Virus record (IMG/VR): IMGVR_UViG_3300027852_000076
Reading direction: 5' to 3' (one strand)
From: a virus
DNA length: 42,462 nucleotides
The translations under genes and the position numbers were made by a program. The notes beneath the pieces were generated by a model, which worked only from the letters and a program-made list of their open reading frames with translations, was not told the origin of the DNA and did not search any database. The first letter of the stretch is position 1. Each line of letters opens with the position of its first letter. Below, one piece after another: positions 1 through 8,453 of this stretch.

Positions 1-24
1 TACTTCACTTTTGATGGCTGCGGA
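1..24. repeat. Terminal direct repeat (tacttcacttttgatggctgcgga), identical to 42439-42462. It is the overlap of a circular or circularly permuted assembly.
   Basis: The same 24-mer was read at both window ends. A minus-strand ORF continues in frame across the junction. Confidence 0.9.
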
Positions 25-909
25 ATCTTTGCCGGTAAATTCCATTTCAGGTAAAAGTGTGCGGGCATTATCGATAAGAGCTGTGCGCTCACCCACTAGG
101 CTATCAAGCTGCGCATCACTTGGAATTTTAGAAAGGGCGGAATCGAGTTTAGCCTGTAAAGAATCCTCTGTTTTTTTGGCTTCCTCCTCGTCTTCTTTTT
201 TTTCCTTTTTAATCTCCTCCATGTCGCCTTCTTTCTTTTCCACCTCAACCTCAGCATCAGCCAAGCGTTTTTGCAGCTTACTAACTGCCTGCCCCGCTTG
301 GTCAGAAACCTCGTAATCGACACCATCAATTGTAATCTTAGCCATGTTTGCCTCTTTTTCCAGTGTTATAAAATTATCAGCTATTTTGCACGTAGCACCT
401 GCTCGACCGCGTTCAACAATAGCAATGTGGTTACCCTTAATATTCCGCTGAATCGCATCGTAAGCTTCACCTGTGGAAGTTATCCCACTAATCCACTCAA
501 TATCAGAAGTGTAGCCGTTCGATAGTTCAACCTTCCCATCTTCAACAGCCTGTATTGACTCGGAATCTGTTACAAATAGCATTGTCTTAACGTAGTTACC
601 ATCCTGCATAACCAGACTGTCAGACATTCCAACGGAATACTTTCTCGAATTCCCAGCGTTTAGCAATTCGGGCGGGTGATTGTTCGTTATTGGCTTATTC
701 GCAAATGAAGAAAGACTATCCTTGCTAAAAACCTCTGCCTCTGGACGGTACACCTTAACGATGTCGTTTGGATTCTTATCCGCTAAACCCATTTCACCGG
801 CTGTGTACGCCTGGACACCCGTTCTGGCAATGCGGGCCGGTACTTTTAAAAAACCCTCATCCGTATAGTGTCGCTCGCTCGGCAACTTCAAAAGATCAGA
901 AAGAAACAT
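1..909 (-). CDS. Prohead protease/scaffold fusion (DUF2213-like), N-terminal 303 codons. The gene continues across the circular junction into 42184-42462, about 387 aa in total.
   Basis: ATG at 909. I checked every minus-frame triplet from 909 to 1 and found no stop. The ORF track missed it because it runs off the window edge. N-terminus MFLSDLLKLPSERHYTDEGFLKVPARIARTGVQAY...NGYTSDIEW...GNHIAIVERGRAG resembles DUF2213. It is followed by a charged coiled-coil segment (EVEVEKKEGDMEEIKKEKKEDEEEAKK). It lies upstream of the decoration and capsid genes. Confidence 0.8.
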   Translation of the reverse strand, partial: MFLSDLLKLPSERHYTDEGFLKVPARIARTGVQAYTAGEMGLADKNPNDIVKVYRPEAEVFSKDSLSSFANKPITNNHPPELLNAGNSRKYSVGMSDSLVMQDGNYVKTMLFVTDSESIQAVEDGKVELSNGYTSDIEWISGITSTGEAYDAIQRNIKGNHIAIVERGRAGATCKIADNFITLEKEANMAKITIDGVDYEVSDQAGQAVSKLQKRLADAEVEVEKKEGDMEEIKKEKKEDEEEAKKTEDSLQAKLDSALSKIPSDAQLDSLVGERTALIDNARTLLPEMEFTGKDSAAIKSEV

Positions 910-966
910 TAACGAAATCCCTTATATGTAAAGCTTATACTATGTCAAGGTCTTTATTATAGCAAA

Positions 967-1731
967 TCAAACCTTGATTACCACTTGTGCCACACATCGA
1001 CATTGAATATCAGTACCAGGGTGTCCAGTTTTTGGCGGAGGATCGTCCCACCTGAAAGTTTTCCCGTTATTCTTTATATGACTATCACGAACGCGCCCAT
1101 CACCTGCCGTTCGCCAAATGTATTCTTCGGAACCCACATTCTGAGCTCGCTGCTTAGTCAGCGCTGAATTAAGCTTACTTGTTTGATCCCTAGCAATAAG
1201 CTTAGCTCGCTTGTATTCCACCTTACCGATAGCCATCACCTGTTCCGTTAATGAGGTAGCACTTTGCCCCTCGATCATCCCACGGTAAACAACACCTTCT
1301 AGCTTTTTAAAATATTGTTCAGGTATTGAGGTAATTAAATCAACATTAGCTGTGACGCTCAATCGCAAGGTATCCTCTAGGTTTTCCGACCGAGCAATCA
1401 CGCCAAGGTCTACACCTGCAGTATTTTTAACAGCAGAATAAAATCTATCTTTATTCATGCGATTAGTTTCTGAAACAAAAGGTATAGCCATCAGCTTTGC
1501 CGTACTATTGGCAAGTGCTAATTGTGCTCGTAATTGTCGAAATCTTTCCTCTAAAAAATCCACATAGGTATCGGTAGTAATAACATGCTCATCCTGAACA
1601 TATTCTGTTTCGAGCGAATGAATCAAAGGTATAATTTGTTCCTGGGTAACCTTAATGAAGCCCTTGGTGTACGCCTCCAATTGCCTACGATATTTTACCT
1701 CAGGTGTCCTCGGCGCTTTCATCGGATTCAT
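967..1731 (-). CDS. Head morphogenesis / minor head protein (Mu F / SPP1 gp7-like)
   Basis: C-terminal motif DSHIKNNGKTFRWDDPPPKTGHPGTDIQCRCVA. It lies directly downstream of the portal gene. The track ORF starts at 1806, inside the portal gene. The internal ATG at 1731 (MNPMKAPRT) is more plausible. Confidence 0.8.
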   Translation of the reverse strand: MNPMKAPRTPEVKYRRQLEAYTKGFIKVTQEQIIPLIHSLETEYVQDEHVITTDTYVDFLEERFRQLRAQLALANSTAKLMAIPFVSETNRMNKDRFYSAVKNTAGVDLGVIARSENLEDTLRLSVTANVDLITSIPEQYFKKLEGVVYRGMIEGQSATSLTEQVMAIGKVEYKRAKLIARDQTSKLNSALTKQRAQNVGSEEYIWRTAGDGRVRDSHIKNNGKTFRWDDPPPKTGHPGTDIQCRCVAQVVIKV

Positions 1732-3136
1732 CTTCTTCTTCTTCGCCTTCCTGTGCTCCCGATTCGTTTCCAATAATCGTTTCTTCTCTATTCTCAAAAA
1801 GGCCATTTAATTTTTCCTCGGAAACATATTCTTCTAAATCATCAATGTAATCATCAGTGATATTTGTATAGGTGGAATTTTGCTTCAATTCCTTGGCTAC
1901 AATATCCTCGGTAACAACACCTTTTTCCAGGTAGATTGCGTCCCGTTGAGCATTGTTTAAATCAATAGTTGCCTGTTCCCCTGGCGTTACTTGGAAAAGA
2001 GAATTGAATTTATATTGCAGGTCGGAATGATCCAAGCCTAAACTTTTCGCCATAATCTTGTCGAAGTAATCAAGCTTTGGCTTATAGATACTATATTGAT
2101 CCGACCGAACCGAGTCATAATAATTTCTTAAATCACCCTCACCCGTTGCGCTCAAACCCTCGGCTGATTTTCCAAGTAAACGTGTAGCGGGTATATCGCT
2201 TGCCGCTGACATAAATATGGCATATTTTTCCAGTAAATCAGGCAAGCCTGAAAAAGTATTTGTTTTCGTATTAAATGTTTCATCGCTATCTAATAAAAGC
2301 ATATTGTTGAAACTTTTCATGCTAGTGGCCAGGGCGAAACGCTTGCGCAACATTGCTTCACCTTCCGGTGTTTGTAGGTAATTCATTAAACCCTTTACCT
2401 GAACAATATCCACATTTGTTTCATAGATCATGCTAGCGGCACTATCAGCAGCAGTGTTTAAATTCAACAATGCTTCATAAAGCCTATCCAGAACAGAATC
2501 AGAATTGTAATTATTTCTACGGAATTCGTCATAGGGTAGTTGCACACCGTCGAAACGTAACACCCTACTATGGTGAATTCTCACTGATGTTTCATTGAAC
2601 CGATAAAATTCCGGCATTCCAAAATTAACATCCATTGGATCACTGATTGGCTGAACATCGGCTGTGCTAATCCTATGCCGATCAATTGCCTTAATATGGC
2701 GCAACCCACCTTCTTTAATATTTTCCACTATTAATGGCTGATCTGGCTCCAGGCCATCATCAACTGACAATATTATAAAAGACGTACCATAAAGCCGCGC
2801 CCATTTATGCGCAGTGTTAAAATTAGCCACCAACTTTATGCGCCGTTCTTCTTCTTCCAAAACCTTAACTGTTTCAGGGGTAATATCAGAAATAAATGAA
2901 CGCCATTCTCGCGTCATGTCATCGGGAATAATATCCACTACCTTTCCCGCTAACCAATCAGCGCGATACATTGCCGACAGCTCATCCTGATTACCTTCCG
3001 CTGATAACTGCCTATTGTTTACGAATTTTGCATTATGACGTTTATCAGCCTCTGTGCCTAATTGAGCGATAAGGTTTTCCAAGCCATCTTGAAAAGTTTT
3101 TGCATCAGTGTCTGTTATTTTAGCTTTGTCGCTCAT
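1700..3136 (-). CDS. Portal protein
   Basis: 478 aa, located between large terminase and the Mu-F-like gene, with an acidic C-terminal tail (EGEEEEDESDESAEDT). The sequence feels DUF1073-like, from memory only. Confidence 0.75.
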   Translation of the reverse strand: MSDKAKITDTDAKTFQDGLENLIAQLGTEADKRHNAKFVNNRQLSAEGNQDELSAMYRADWLAGKVVDIIPDDMTREWRSFISDITPETVKVLEEEERRIKLVANFNTAHKWARLYGTSFIILSVDDGLEPDQPLIVENIKEGGLRHIKAIDRHRISTADVQPISDPMDVNFGMPEFYRFNETSVRIHHSRVLRFDGVQLPYDEFRRNNYNSDSVLDRLYEALLNLNTAADSAASMIYETNVDIVQVKGLMNYLQTPEGEAMLRKRFALATSMKSFNNMLLLDSDETFNTKTNTFSGLPDLLEKYAIFMSAASDIPATRLLGKSAEGLSATGEGDLRNYYDSVRSDQYSIYKPKLDYFDKIMAKSLGLDHSDLQYKFNSLFQVTPGEQATIDLNNAQRDAIYLEKGVVTEDIVAKELKQNSTYTNITDDYIDDLEEYVSEEKLNGLFENREETIIGNESGAQEGEEEEDESDESAEDT

Positions 3137-3154
3137 AGTGTCACCTGGGTAATT

Positions 3155-3901
3155 TTACATTGAATGTTTGCTATATAATTGGTCGCCAAATACTAATAAA
3201 TCTTCCACTGCATCCATGGTTGGATCAATTTGGTCATCAAATTTATGCGTCATTAAGGGACTGAATTTCATAAATTCATCTTTGTAATCTGATACCCACG
3301 GGACATTTTTAGGTAAATGGATATAGCCAGCATCAAAATATTTAACAACACCCATGGCCCTAAAAACTTTATCTTTGTTCCGTGGTATACCTTCGATTGG
3401 AATTAAATAATTTTGCTTAATGGATTGTATTAACGAACTACCCGAGCTTTTATCTTCCACTTTTACCAGTTGGGCACCAAAGGGTTTGTACTGGTTTGGT
3501 TTGTGTTTGTTCCAAAACTCTACAAGCATACTTTCCAATTGCGGCGCTTCCCACTTACCGCGAATTTGATCTACTAAATAAATTCCACTCGACGGACTAC
3601 GTGCCCAAAACTGGAAAACACTATAATCATTTTGTTCCTGTACCTTTTGCGCAGTGTCCCCGTATATGCGCCACACATCAATATCACTAGGAAGAAGATC
3701 GTAGTGTTTCCAGTACTTATCTTTAAACATTAGACCGCCATACGGGCGCGGGTTTTGCTGTGACTGACTAGCAAACGTGTATTTATCCCCTTCTTGCAAT
3801 ACTTGTAATTCTTTCAGGCTATGTTTTCTTGCCCAAAGGGGTTGATCAAGTGGGATACTATCGGGGCAAATATTATCAATTTCAGCATTACTAAAAAGCA
3901 T
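3155..3901 (-). CDS. terL: Terminase large subunit, C-terminal RNaseH-like nuclease half (separate ORF)
   Basis: Motifs LWARKHSLKELQ...FASQSQQNP, YGDTAQKVQEQNDYSVFQFWAR and DDQIDPTMDAVEDL are typical of TerL nuclease domains. It overlaps the ATPase ORF by 11 nt in another frame. Confidence 0.8.
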   Translation of the reverse strand: MLFSNAEIDNICPDSIPLDQPLWARKHSLKELQVLQEGDKYTFASQSQQNPRPYGGLMFKDKYWKHYDLLPSDIDVWRIYGDTAQKVQEQNDYSVFQFWARSPSSGIYLVDQIRGKWEAPQLESMLVEFWNKHKPNQYKPFGAQLVKVEDKSSGSSLIQSIKQNYLIPIEGIPRNKDKVFRAMGVVKYFDAGYIHLPKNVPWVSDYKDEFMKFSPLMTHKFDDQIDPTMDAVEDLLVFGDQLYSKHSM

Positions 3902-4781
3902 ATTCGTAGTCTTCCCCCGTTCTTAGTGTGTGCAGTATTCCATTAATGTCCAGGGGAATGCCGTGAGTATAGTCTTCCGGATAAGGCGCATTTACTTCAC
4001 CATCGGCTAGTAATGTCGGAATTGATAAGTGATACCACACATCACCGGAACCACCTCGCAGCAAATAACCACTCATATCGTCATCATGGATTCTTTGCAT
4101 AATAACGACTATTGGAACGGTTTCCACGGCAAGGCGGGAACGCATGGTATTATTGAATCTATTATTTATTCCGTTTCGTTTCGGTACTGAAAACGCATCA
4201 TCTGGCTTAACGGGATCATCAATTACAAGGGCACCCGTAAAACCTTCCTCCATGCGTCCAGCACGAAAGCCGGTAATTTGCCCACCCGCTGCAGCAGCCA
4301 TCATGCCGCCACCCTGTTCAGTAAACCAGCGTTTTTTACCCTTTGAATCTACACGAATTTGCATGGGCCACAATTCTTGAAATTCATCAGTTACGATTGT
4401 TTCCTTTATTTTCGATGAATTCTCATGCGCGAGGTCGGCTGAATAGCTTGCATGGATAAACTTCGCCCTGTGATTAATGGCTAAACCACGGGAAATAAAA
4501 TTAAGTACTACCTGTTCGGTTTTGGAATAACCAGGGGCCATGTTTACAATCAACCTAGGTATTTTCCCATCGTAAACAAGCTGTAGTGCGTATTCGATAA
4601 CGTAATGGTGCCAATTGCGTAAAAGCTTCACACCTTCTCGGTGCTTGAAAAAATAGCGCATAAACTGCATACCGTCATTTTCAAGCATGTAGCGCAGCAT
4701 TCTTTTTTCATTAGGTGACCAGGGATTAATAGCTGAATCGAATGTTCCAGGGAGGATAATTTTATTGTTAGAATTCATCAT
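3891..4781 (-). CDS. terL: Terminase large subunit, N-terminal ATPase half (separate ORF)
   Basis: Walker A-like NMAPGYSKTE, Walker B-like GALVIDDPVKPDD and coupling-like VVIMQRIHDDD. It lies downstream of the putative small terminase. Confidence 0.8.
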   Translation of the reverse strand: MMNSNNKIILPGTFDSAINPWSPNEKRMLRYMLENDGMQFMRYFFKHREGVKLLRNWHHYVIEYALQLVYDGKIPRLIVNMAPGYSKTEQVVLNFISRGLAINHRAKFIHASYSADLAHENSSKIKETIVTDEFQELWPMQIRVDSKGKKRWFTEQGGGMMAAAAGGQITGFRAGRMEEGFTGALVIDDPVKPDDAFSVPKRNGINNRFNNTMRSRLAVETVPIVVIMQRIHDDDMSGYLLRGGSGDVWYHLSIPTLLADGEVNAPYPEDYTHGIPLDINGILHTLRTGEDYEYAF

Positions 4782-5166
4782 TAAACTTTTCCTTGAATAA
4801 CAATATTTCTAACTCTGTTAGTGGTTCATTATCCGCTGCCCCCGCCGCCCCAATATCACCCAGCTCAATTTGTTTACGTTTAGGATGAAGATATTCCGCC
4901 AAGGTTTTACCCGCTAACAATGACGCTGATAATTCAACATTACCGTAATTAGAACCGAAAGTGGCTTCATCAATAATATCTTCCCAGTCATCTTTCGAGA
5001 TATATCCATCAGTCGCAGCATCTATTTTTAAAATTAATTTTTGCAATGATGATGCACGGCGAACGTCTTGCCCTTGCATAATTGATTCGAGGAAAACAAG
5101 CGGATCAACTATTTCACCTGAATGTATAAGCTCCCGTATCTGTTCAACAGTAAAAGGCGTTGGCAT
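4768..5166 (-). CDS. Putative terminase small subunit
   Basis: 132 aa, directly upstream of and overlapping TerL. The LAEYLHPKRK motif resembles small-terminase families. The call rests on position plus weak motif evidence. Confidence 0.5.
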   Translation of the reverse strand: MPTPFTVEQIRELIHSGEIVDPLVFLESIMQGQDVRRASSLQKLILKIDAATDGYISKDDWEDIIDEATFGSNYGNVELSASLLAGKTLAEYLHPKRKQIELGDIGAAGAADNEPLTELEILLFKEKFNDEF

Positions 5167-5238
5167 ATTTACCCCTACCTTTTTTCTAGTATTGAATTAA
5201 TTAATAAACTATCCGCTAAGTTTGGTAACACAATATAC

Positions 5239-5523
5239 TTAAACTTTAACCACTAATTTTGCCTTACTCTTTTGGCCATCACTATAGGTTGCTAAACAGG
5301 TTAATATTGATCTCCCTGGTGCAATTGCCGAAAGTGTAACGACCGCTAAATTCCCATCAACGCCTTGACCATCTACCCTAACGCTTTCGCCGCTAACAAG
5401 CACCCACTCCCCGCTAACCAATGCTGCACCAAGGGCATCAATGTTATCACTAACATCGTATGCAAAAGCAAACACTTCACCGGAACACATTGAAAATTGT
5501 CCAAAATCACAACCCATTAGCAT
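5239..5523 (-). CDS. Small Ig-like (Big_2-like) protein of the accessory fibre locus
   Basis: 94 aa with a beta-rich C-terminus (AVVTLSAIAPGRSILTCLATYSDGQKSKAKLVVKV). It overlaps the upstream gene by 7 nt, suggesting coupled translation. Confidence 0.45.
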   Translation of the reverse strand: MLMGCDFGQFSMCSGEVFAFAYDVSDNIDALGAALVSGEWVLVSGESVRVDGQGVDGNLAVVTLSAIAPGRSILTCLATYSDGQKSKAKLVVKV

Positions 5524-5711
5524 GTACCTTTTGTTGTTCGCGTATGGTGATCCGCGTAAATTGTTCTATCTATTGGTTCAGCCCTAATTGTGAAAAACAC
5601 GGAAGGGACAATGTAGTCCGGTCGCAAGTACCCTGCGGTAACCACCCCAGGTACCGATCCCTGAAATACACCGTTCCCATAGCCACTTGTTACTATAGCC
5701 GCAATGCTCAT
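5517..5711 (-). CDS. Small conserved-looking protein with a Gly/Tyr-rich N-terminus (SGYGNGVFQGSVPGVVTAGY)
   Basis: 64 aa. Its start overlaps the stop of the repeat-fibre gene (ATGA-type junction at 5711). Confidence 0.45.
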   Translation of the reverse strand: MSIAAIVTSGYGNGVFQGSVPGVVTAGYLRPDYIVPSVFFTIRAEPIDRTIYADHHTRTTKGTC

Positions 5712-7165
5712 TAAGTCGCCCTTACGCTAGATGTTGGTGATTGTTCATCATCGAGGGTATACGTTGCGGCAGGGGTGCTACCGTCCAACTGGCTAACCGT
5801 TATGGTGCTACCCACTATCGCAAAATCACCTAATTTTTGTTGCATTAACAGTAATGCTTGTTCCAGGGTCGGGGCATCACCTTTAGCGGCATAGTTTTCG
5901 TTCAATTGGGTTGTAAATATATCCGCTAATGTTGGTAACGCAGCAATTTCAACACTTGTCGCTAACGTAGCAATTTCCACGCTTGTCGCCATACCAGCCT
6001 GATTTTCCAATGCTGTTGGTAACGCAGCAATTTCAACACTTGTCGCTAATGGAGAAAGTTCAGCGCTTGTCGCTAATGGAGAAAGTTCAGCACTTGTCGC
6101 TAATGGAGAAAGTTCAGCACTTGTCGCCATACCTGCCTGATTCTCTAGCGCCGTTGGTAACGCTGCAATTTCAGCACTTGTCGCTAATGGAGAAAGTTCA
6201 GCACTTGTCGCTAACGTAGAAAGTTCAGCACTTGTCGCTAATGGAGAAAGTTCAGCACTTGTCGCTAATGCGGAAAGTTCAGCACTTGTCGCTAATGGGG
6301 AAAGTTCAGCACTTGTCGCCATACCAGCCTGATTCTCTATCGCCGTTGGTAACGCTGCAATTTCAACACTTGTTGCCATACCCGCCTGATTTTCCAATGC
6401 TGTTGGTAACGCTGCAATTTCAGCACTTGTCGCTAATGGGGAAAGTTCAGCACTTGTCGCTAATGGAGAAAGTTCAGCGCTTGTCGCCATACCGGCCTGA
6501 TTTTCCAATGCCGTTGGTAACGCAGCAATTTCAGCGCTTGTCGCCATACCCGCCTGATTCTCTAGCGCCGTTGGTAACGCTGCAATTTCAACACTTGTTG
6601 CTAATGGAGAAAGTTCAGCACTTGTTGCTAATGGAGAAAGTTCAGCACTTGTCGCTAATGGAGAAAGTTCAGCGCTTGTCGCTAATGGAGAAAGTTCAGC
6701 ACTTGTCGCTAATGGAGAAAGTTCAGCACTTGTCGCTAATGGAGAAAGTTCAGCACTCGTCGCTAATGGAGAAAGTTCAGCACTTGTCGCCATACCCGCC
6801 TGATTTTCCAATGCTGTTGGTAACGCAGCAATTTCAGCACTTGTCGCCATGCCCGCCTGATTTTCAAATGCTGTTGGTACTTCAGAAACAAGCCGCGTAT
6901 CCGTCTTAATTGTAAAATGTTGCGTTATCCCATCAACATGGGTAAATGTTAATCCAACAATATCACCGTTCATTTCTGATGCTAATAAGTTAAACGACCA
7001 TTGCCCATTCCCCTTATGTACAGGGGTAACATCATCAATTGCAGCTTGTGCTCCCCCATCTAACGTGAAGTGTCCGAGAGGTGTCCCAGTTGTAACGTCA
7101 TTACCATTAGCTCGACTAACAAAACCAACCGTGAAACCTGTAACACTTGTATTTTTTTTAAACAT
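5711..7165 (-). CDS. Fibre-like structural protein with a huge internal tandem-repeat stalk
   Basis: 484 aa: a unique 106-aa N-terminal domain, 306 aa of ATSAELSPL / ATS[AV]EIAALPTA[LI]ENQAGM repeats, and a unique 72-aa C-terminal domain (…STITVSQLDGSTPAATYTLDDEQSPTS). It is start/stop coupled to both neighbours. Confidence 0.75.
   Translation of the reverse strand: MFKKNTSVTGFTVGFVSRANGNDVTTGTPLGHFTLDGGAQAAIDDVTPVHKGNGQWSFNLLASEMNGDIVGLTFTHVDGITQHFTIKTDTRLVSEVPTAFENQAGMATSAEIAALPTALENQAGMATSAELSPLATSAELSPLATSAELSPLATSAELSPLATSAELSPLATSAELSPLATSAELSPLATSVEIAALPTALENQAGMATSAEIAALPTALENQAGMATSAELSPLATSAELSPLATSAEIAALPTALENQAGMATSVEIAALPTAIENQAGMATSAELSPLATSAELSALATSAELSPLATSAELSTLATSAELSPLATSAEIAALPTALENQAGMATSAELSPLATSAELSPLATSAELSPLATSVEIAALPTALENQAGMATSVEIATLATSVEIAALPTLADIFTTQLNENYAAKGDAPTLEQALLLMQQKLGDFAIVGSTITVSQLDGSTPAATYTLDDEQSPTSSVRAT
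5930..6877 (-). repeat. Coding tandem-repeat array: 18 copies of a 27-bp unit and 7 copies of a 57-bp unit, plus partial end units
   Basis: Unit gctaatggagaaagttcagcacttgtc (plus strand) was read repeatedly. Block order is L,S7,L2,S2,L2,S5,L,S3,L,S,partial L. Units are nearly identical at the nucleotide level. Confidence 0.95.
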
Positions 7166-8439
7166 TACATTCCACCTATTAAAGTATTATTCCCTGATAC
7201 CCAAGCTGGGTTAAAAGATTCAGCTTCAAACGCAACTACCATCCATTTTCGTGCCGTGCTAGCAACAGCATTTATTTCTGATGCGGGTACCGTCCAACCA
7301 TCAGCGTTAAACATTGGTTGGCCAACGTTATAAACAACCGCATCGCTATCATTAACCATATGCATTAATTTAAGGGCTGAAATAGAACTAGTTGCGCTGG
7401 TGTCAGCGCCATCTTTTACGTTTGTTGAAACCGAAACTGCCCTAACATCATCCGCTGAACCAAAGCCAACAAAACCGGCCCTGCTTCCATAGTTGGGGCC
7501 AAGTGCATCGGTAGCATCCAGTACTGTACCCCCGATATTTACGAACTGAGGTTTAAAACCAATACCTTCCACATCCCAATCAGTAGCCACTGAGTCTGGA
7601 GAATCTACAATCTGCACCGCAACTTTAGTTTCACCAGTGTGCATTGCTAAATAATAAACTACATCGCCGCCGGTTGCTCCAGTGCCATCTGATTCCCAAC
7701 CATCCGCGATAAAGCTACTTATGTGCCTTTTCCACGTTGTGTTATTCCAAAGTTGTTGGCCGATTATAGATGTACTTGAAAGAAGTAGGCCGGTTTCATC
7801 TAAGTTGACACCATATCTACCTGGGCACATTATGAGAGAAGCTTGTTCTATACTTATCCCATTGTCATAGGCAGCACCATTTGAAATTATGCCCTGGTTA
7901 AATACGCCAGTGGAACTTGAGTAACCGATACTTGAAACATCTAAGTAATTCGGTTGGAATCCTATCCCTACTTTTGTACTTGGGCCTGCTGCTGAAGCGG
8001 GGGCCCATGAACCAACCGCAACTTGCAAATCATCCCCGCCGTAAAACTCAATTTTGCATTTCATCACCCGCGTTGATATGTCGGGGGCGTTTAGTCTCCA
8101 TCCATCAGCGATAGGTAATACAGATAATAGTCTCTTTTGACCTAGGGTAGTGTTAACCGCGTTCTCATAATACCTAGCCACGTGGGTTGTAGTTTGCGTC
8201 CTCCAGGTAGACGTATTACCTACCACCCCATCTAGCGCTATTGTTGAGCACGAACGTTGATCAGTTGCCGTTGCATAACCGAAACCCAAGGTTGCATCGT
8301 CCTCGGGTGTTTCATTTCCCTCACTTCCCAAGATGGTTAGCTTAATCGCTTTAGGTGTCCACCCGAGACCAGGGATTGTTATATCAAAATCCCCCTGGGC
8401 CAAGGGCCAGTCAAATTGTGTAGTTGCTACTTTCATCAA
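7165..8439 (-). CDS. Fibre/receptor-binding-like structural protein with three internal domain repeats
   Basis: 424 aa. Three units each open with G[LI]G[WF]xP (GLGWTPKAI, GIGFQPNYL, GIGFKPQFV) and each contain xADGW (IADGWRL, IADGWES, NADGWTV). Its stop is coupled to the repeat-fibre gene start at 7165. Confidence 0.6.
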   Translation of the reverse strand: MMKVATTQFDWPLAQGDFDITIPGLGWTPKAIKLTILGSEGNETPEDDATLGFGYATATDQRSCSTIALDGVVGNTSTWRTQTTTHVARYYENAVNTTLGQKRLLSVLPIADGWRLNAPDISTRVMKCKIEFYGGDDLQVAVGSWAPASAAGPSTKVGIGFQPNYLDVSSIGYSSSTGVFNQGIISNGAAYDNGISIEQASLIMCPGRYGVNLDETGLLLSSTSIIGQQLWNNTTWKRHISSFIADGWESDGTGATGGDVVYYLAMHTGETKVAVQIVDSPDSVATDWDVEGIGFKPQFVNIGGTVLDATDALGPNYGSRAGFVGFGSADDVRAVSVSTNVKDGADTSATSSISALKLMHMVNDSDAVVYNVGQPMFNADGWTVPASEINAVASTARKWMVVAFEAESFNPAWVSGNNTLIGGM

Positions 8440-8453
8440 GGCACCAAAGGTAA

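Noticed and set aside
2205-2221. Near-copy of the operator motif (GACATAAATATGG, one extra A) inside the portal gene
   Set aside because: The insertion breaks the palindrome spacing, and it lies deep in a late coding region. I treat it as chance.
5930-6877. Possibility that the tandem arrays (this one, 16596-16650 and 18610-18630) are CRISPR arrays
   Set aside because: The units are directly abutting with no unique spacers, and the largest array is in frame inside a gene. There are no cas genes.
5983-6909. Long plus-strand ORFs (78 aa and 225 aa, MEKVQHLSL repeats) antisense to the fibre repeat array
   Set aside because: They stay open only because the tandem units lack stops in the antisense frame. 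They have no independent start context and mirror the repeat structure, so they are artefacts of the array.
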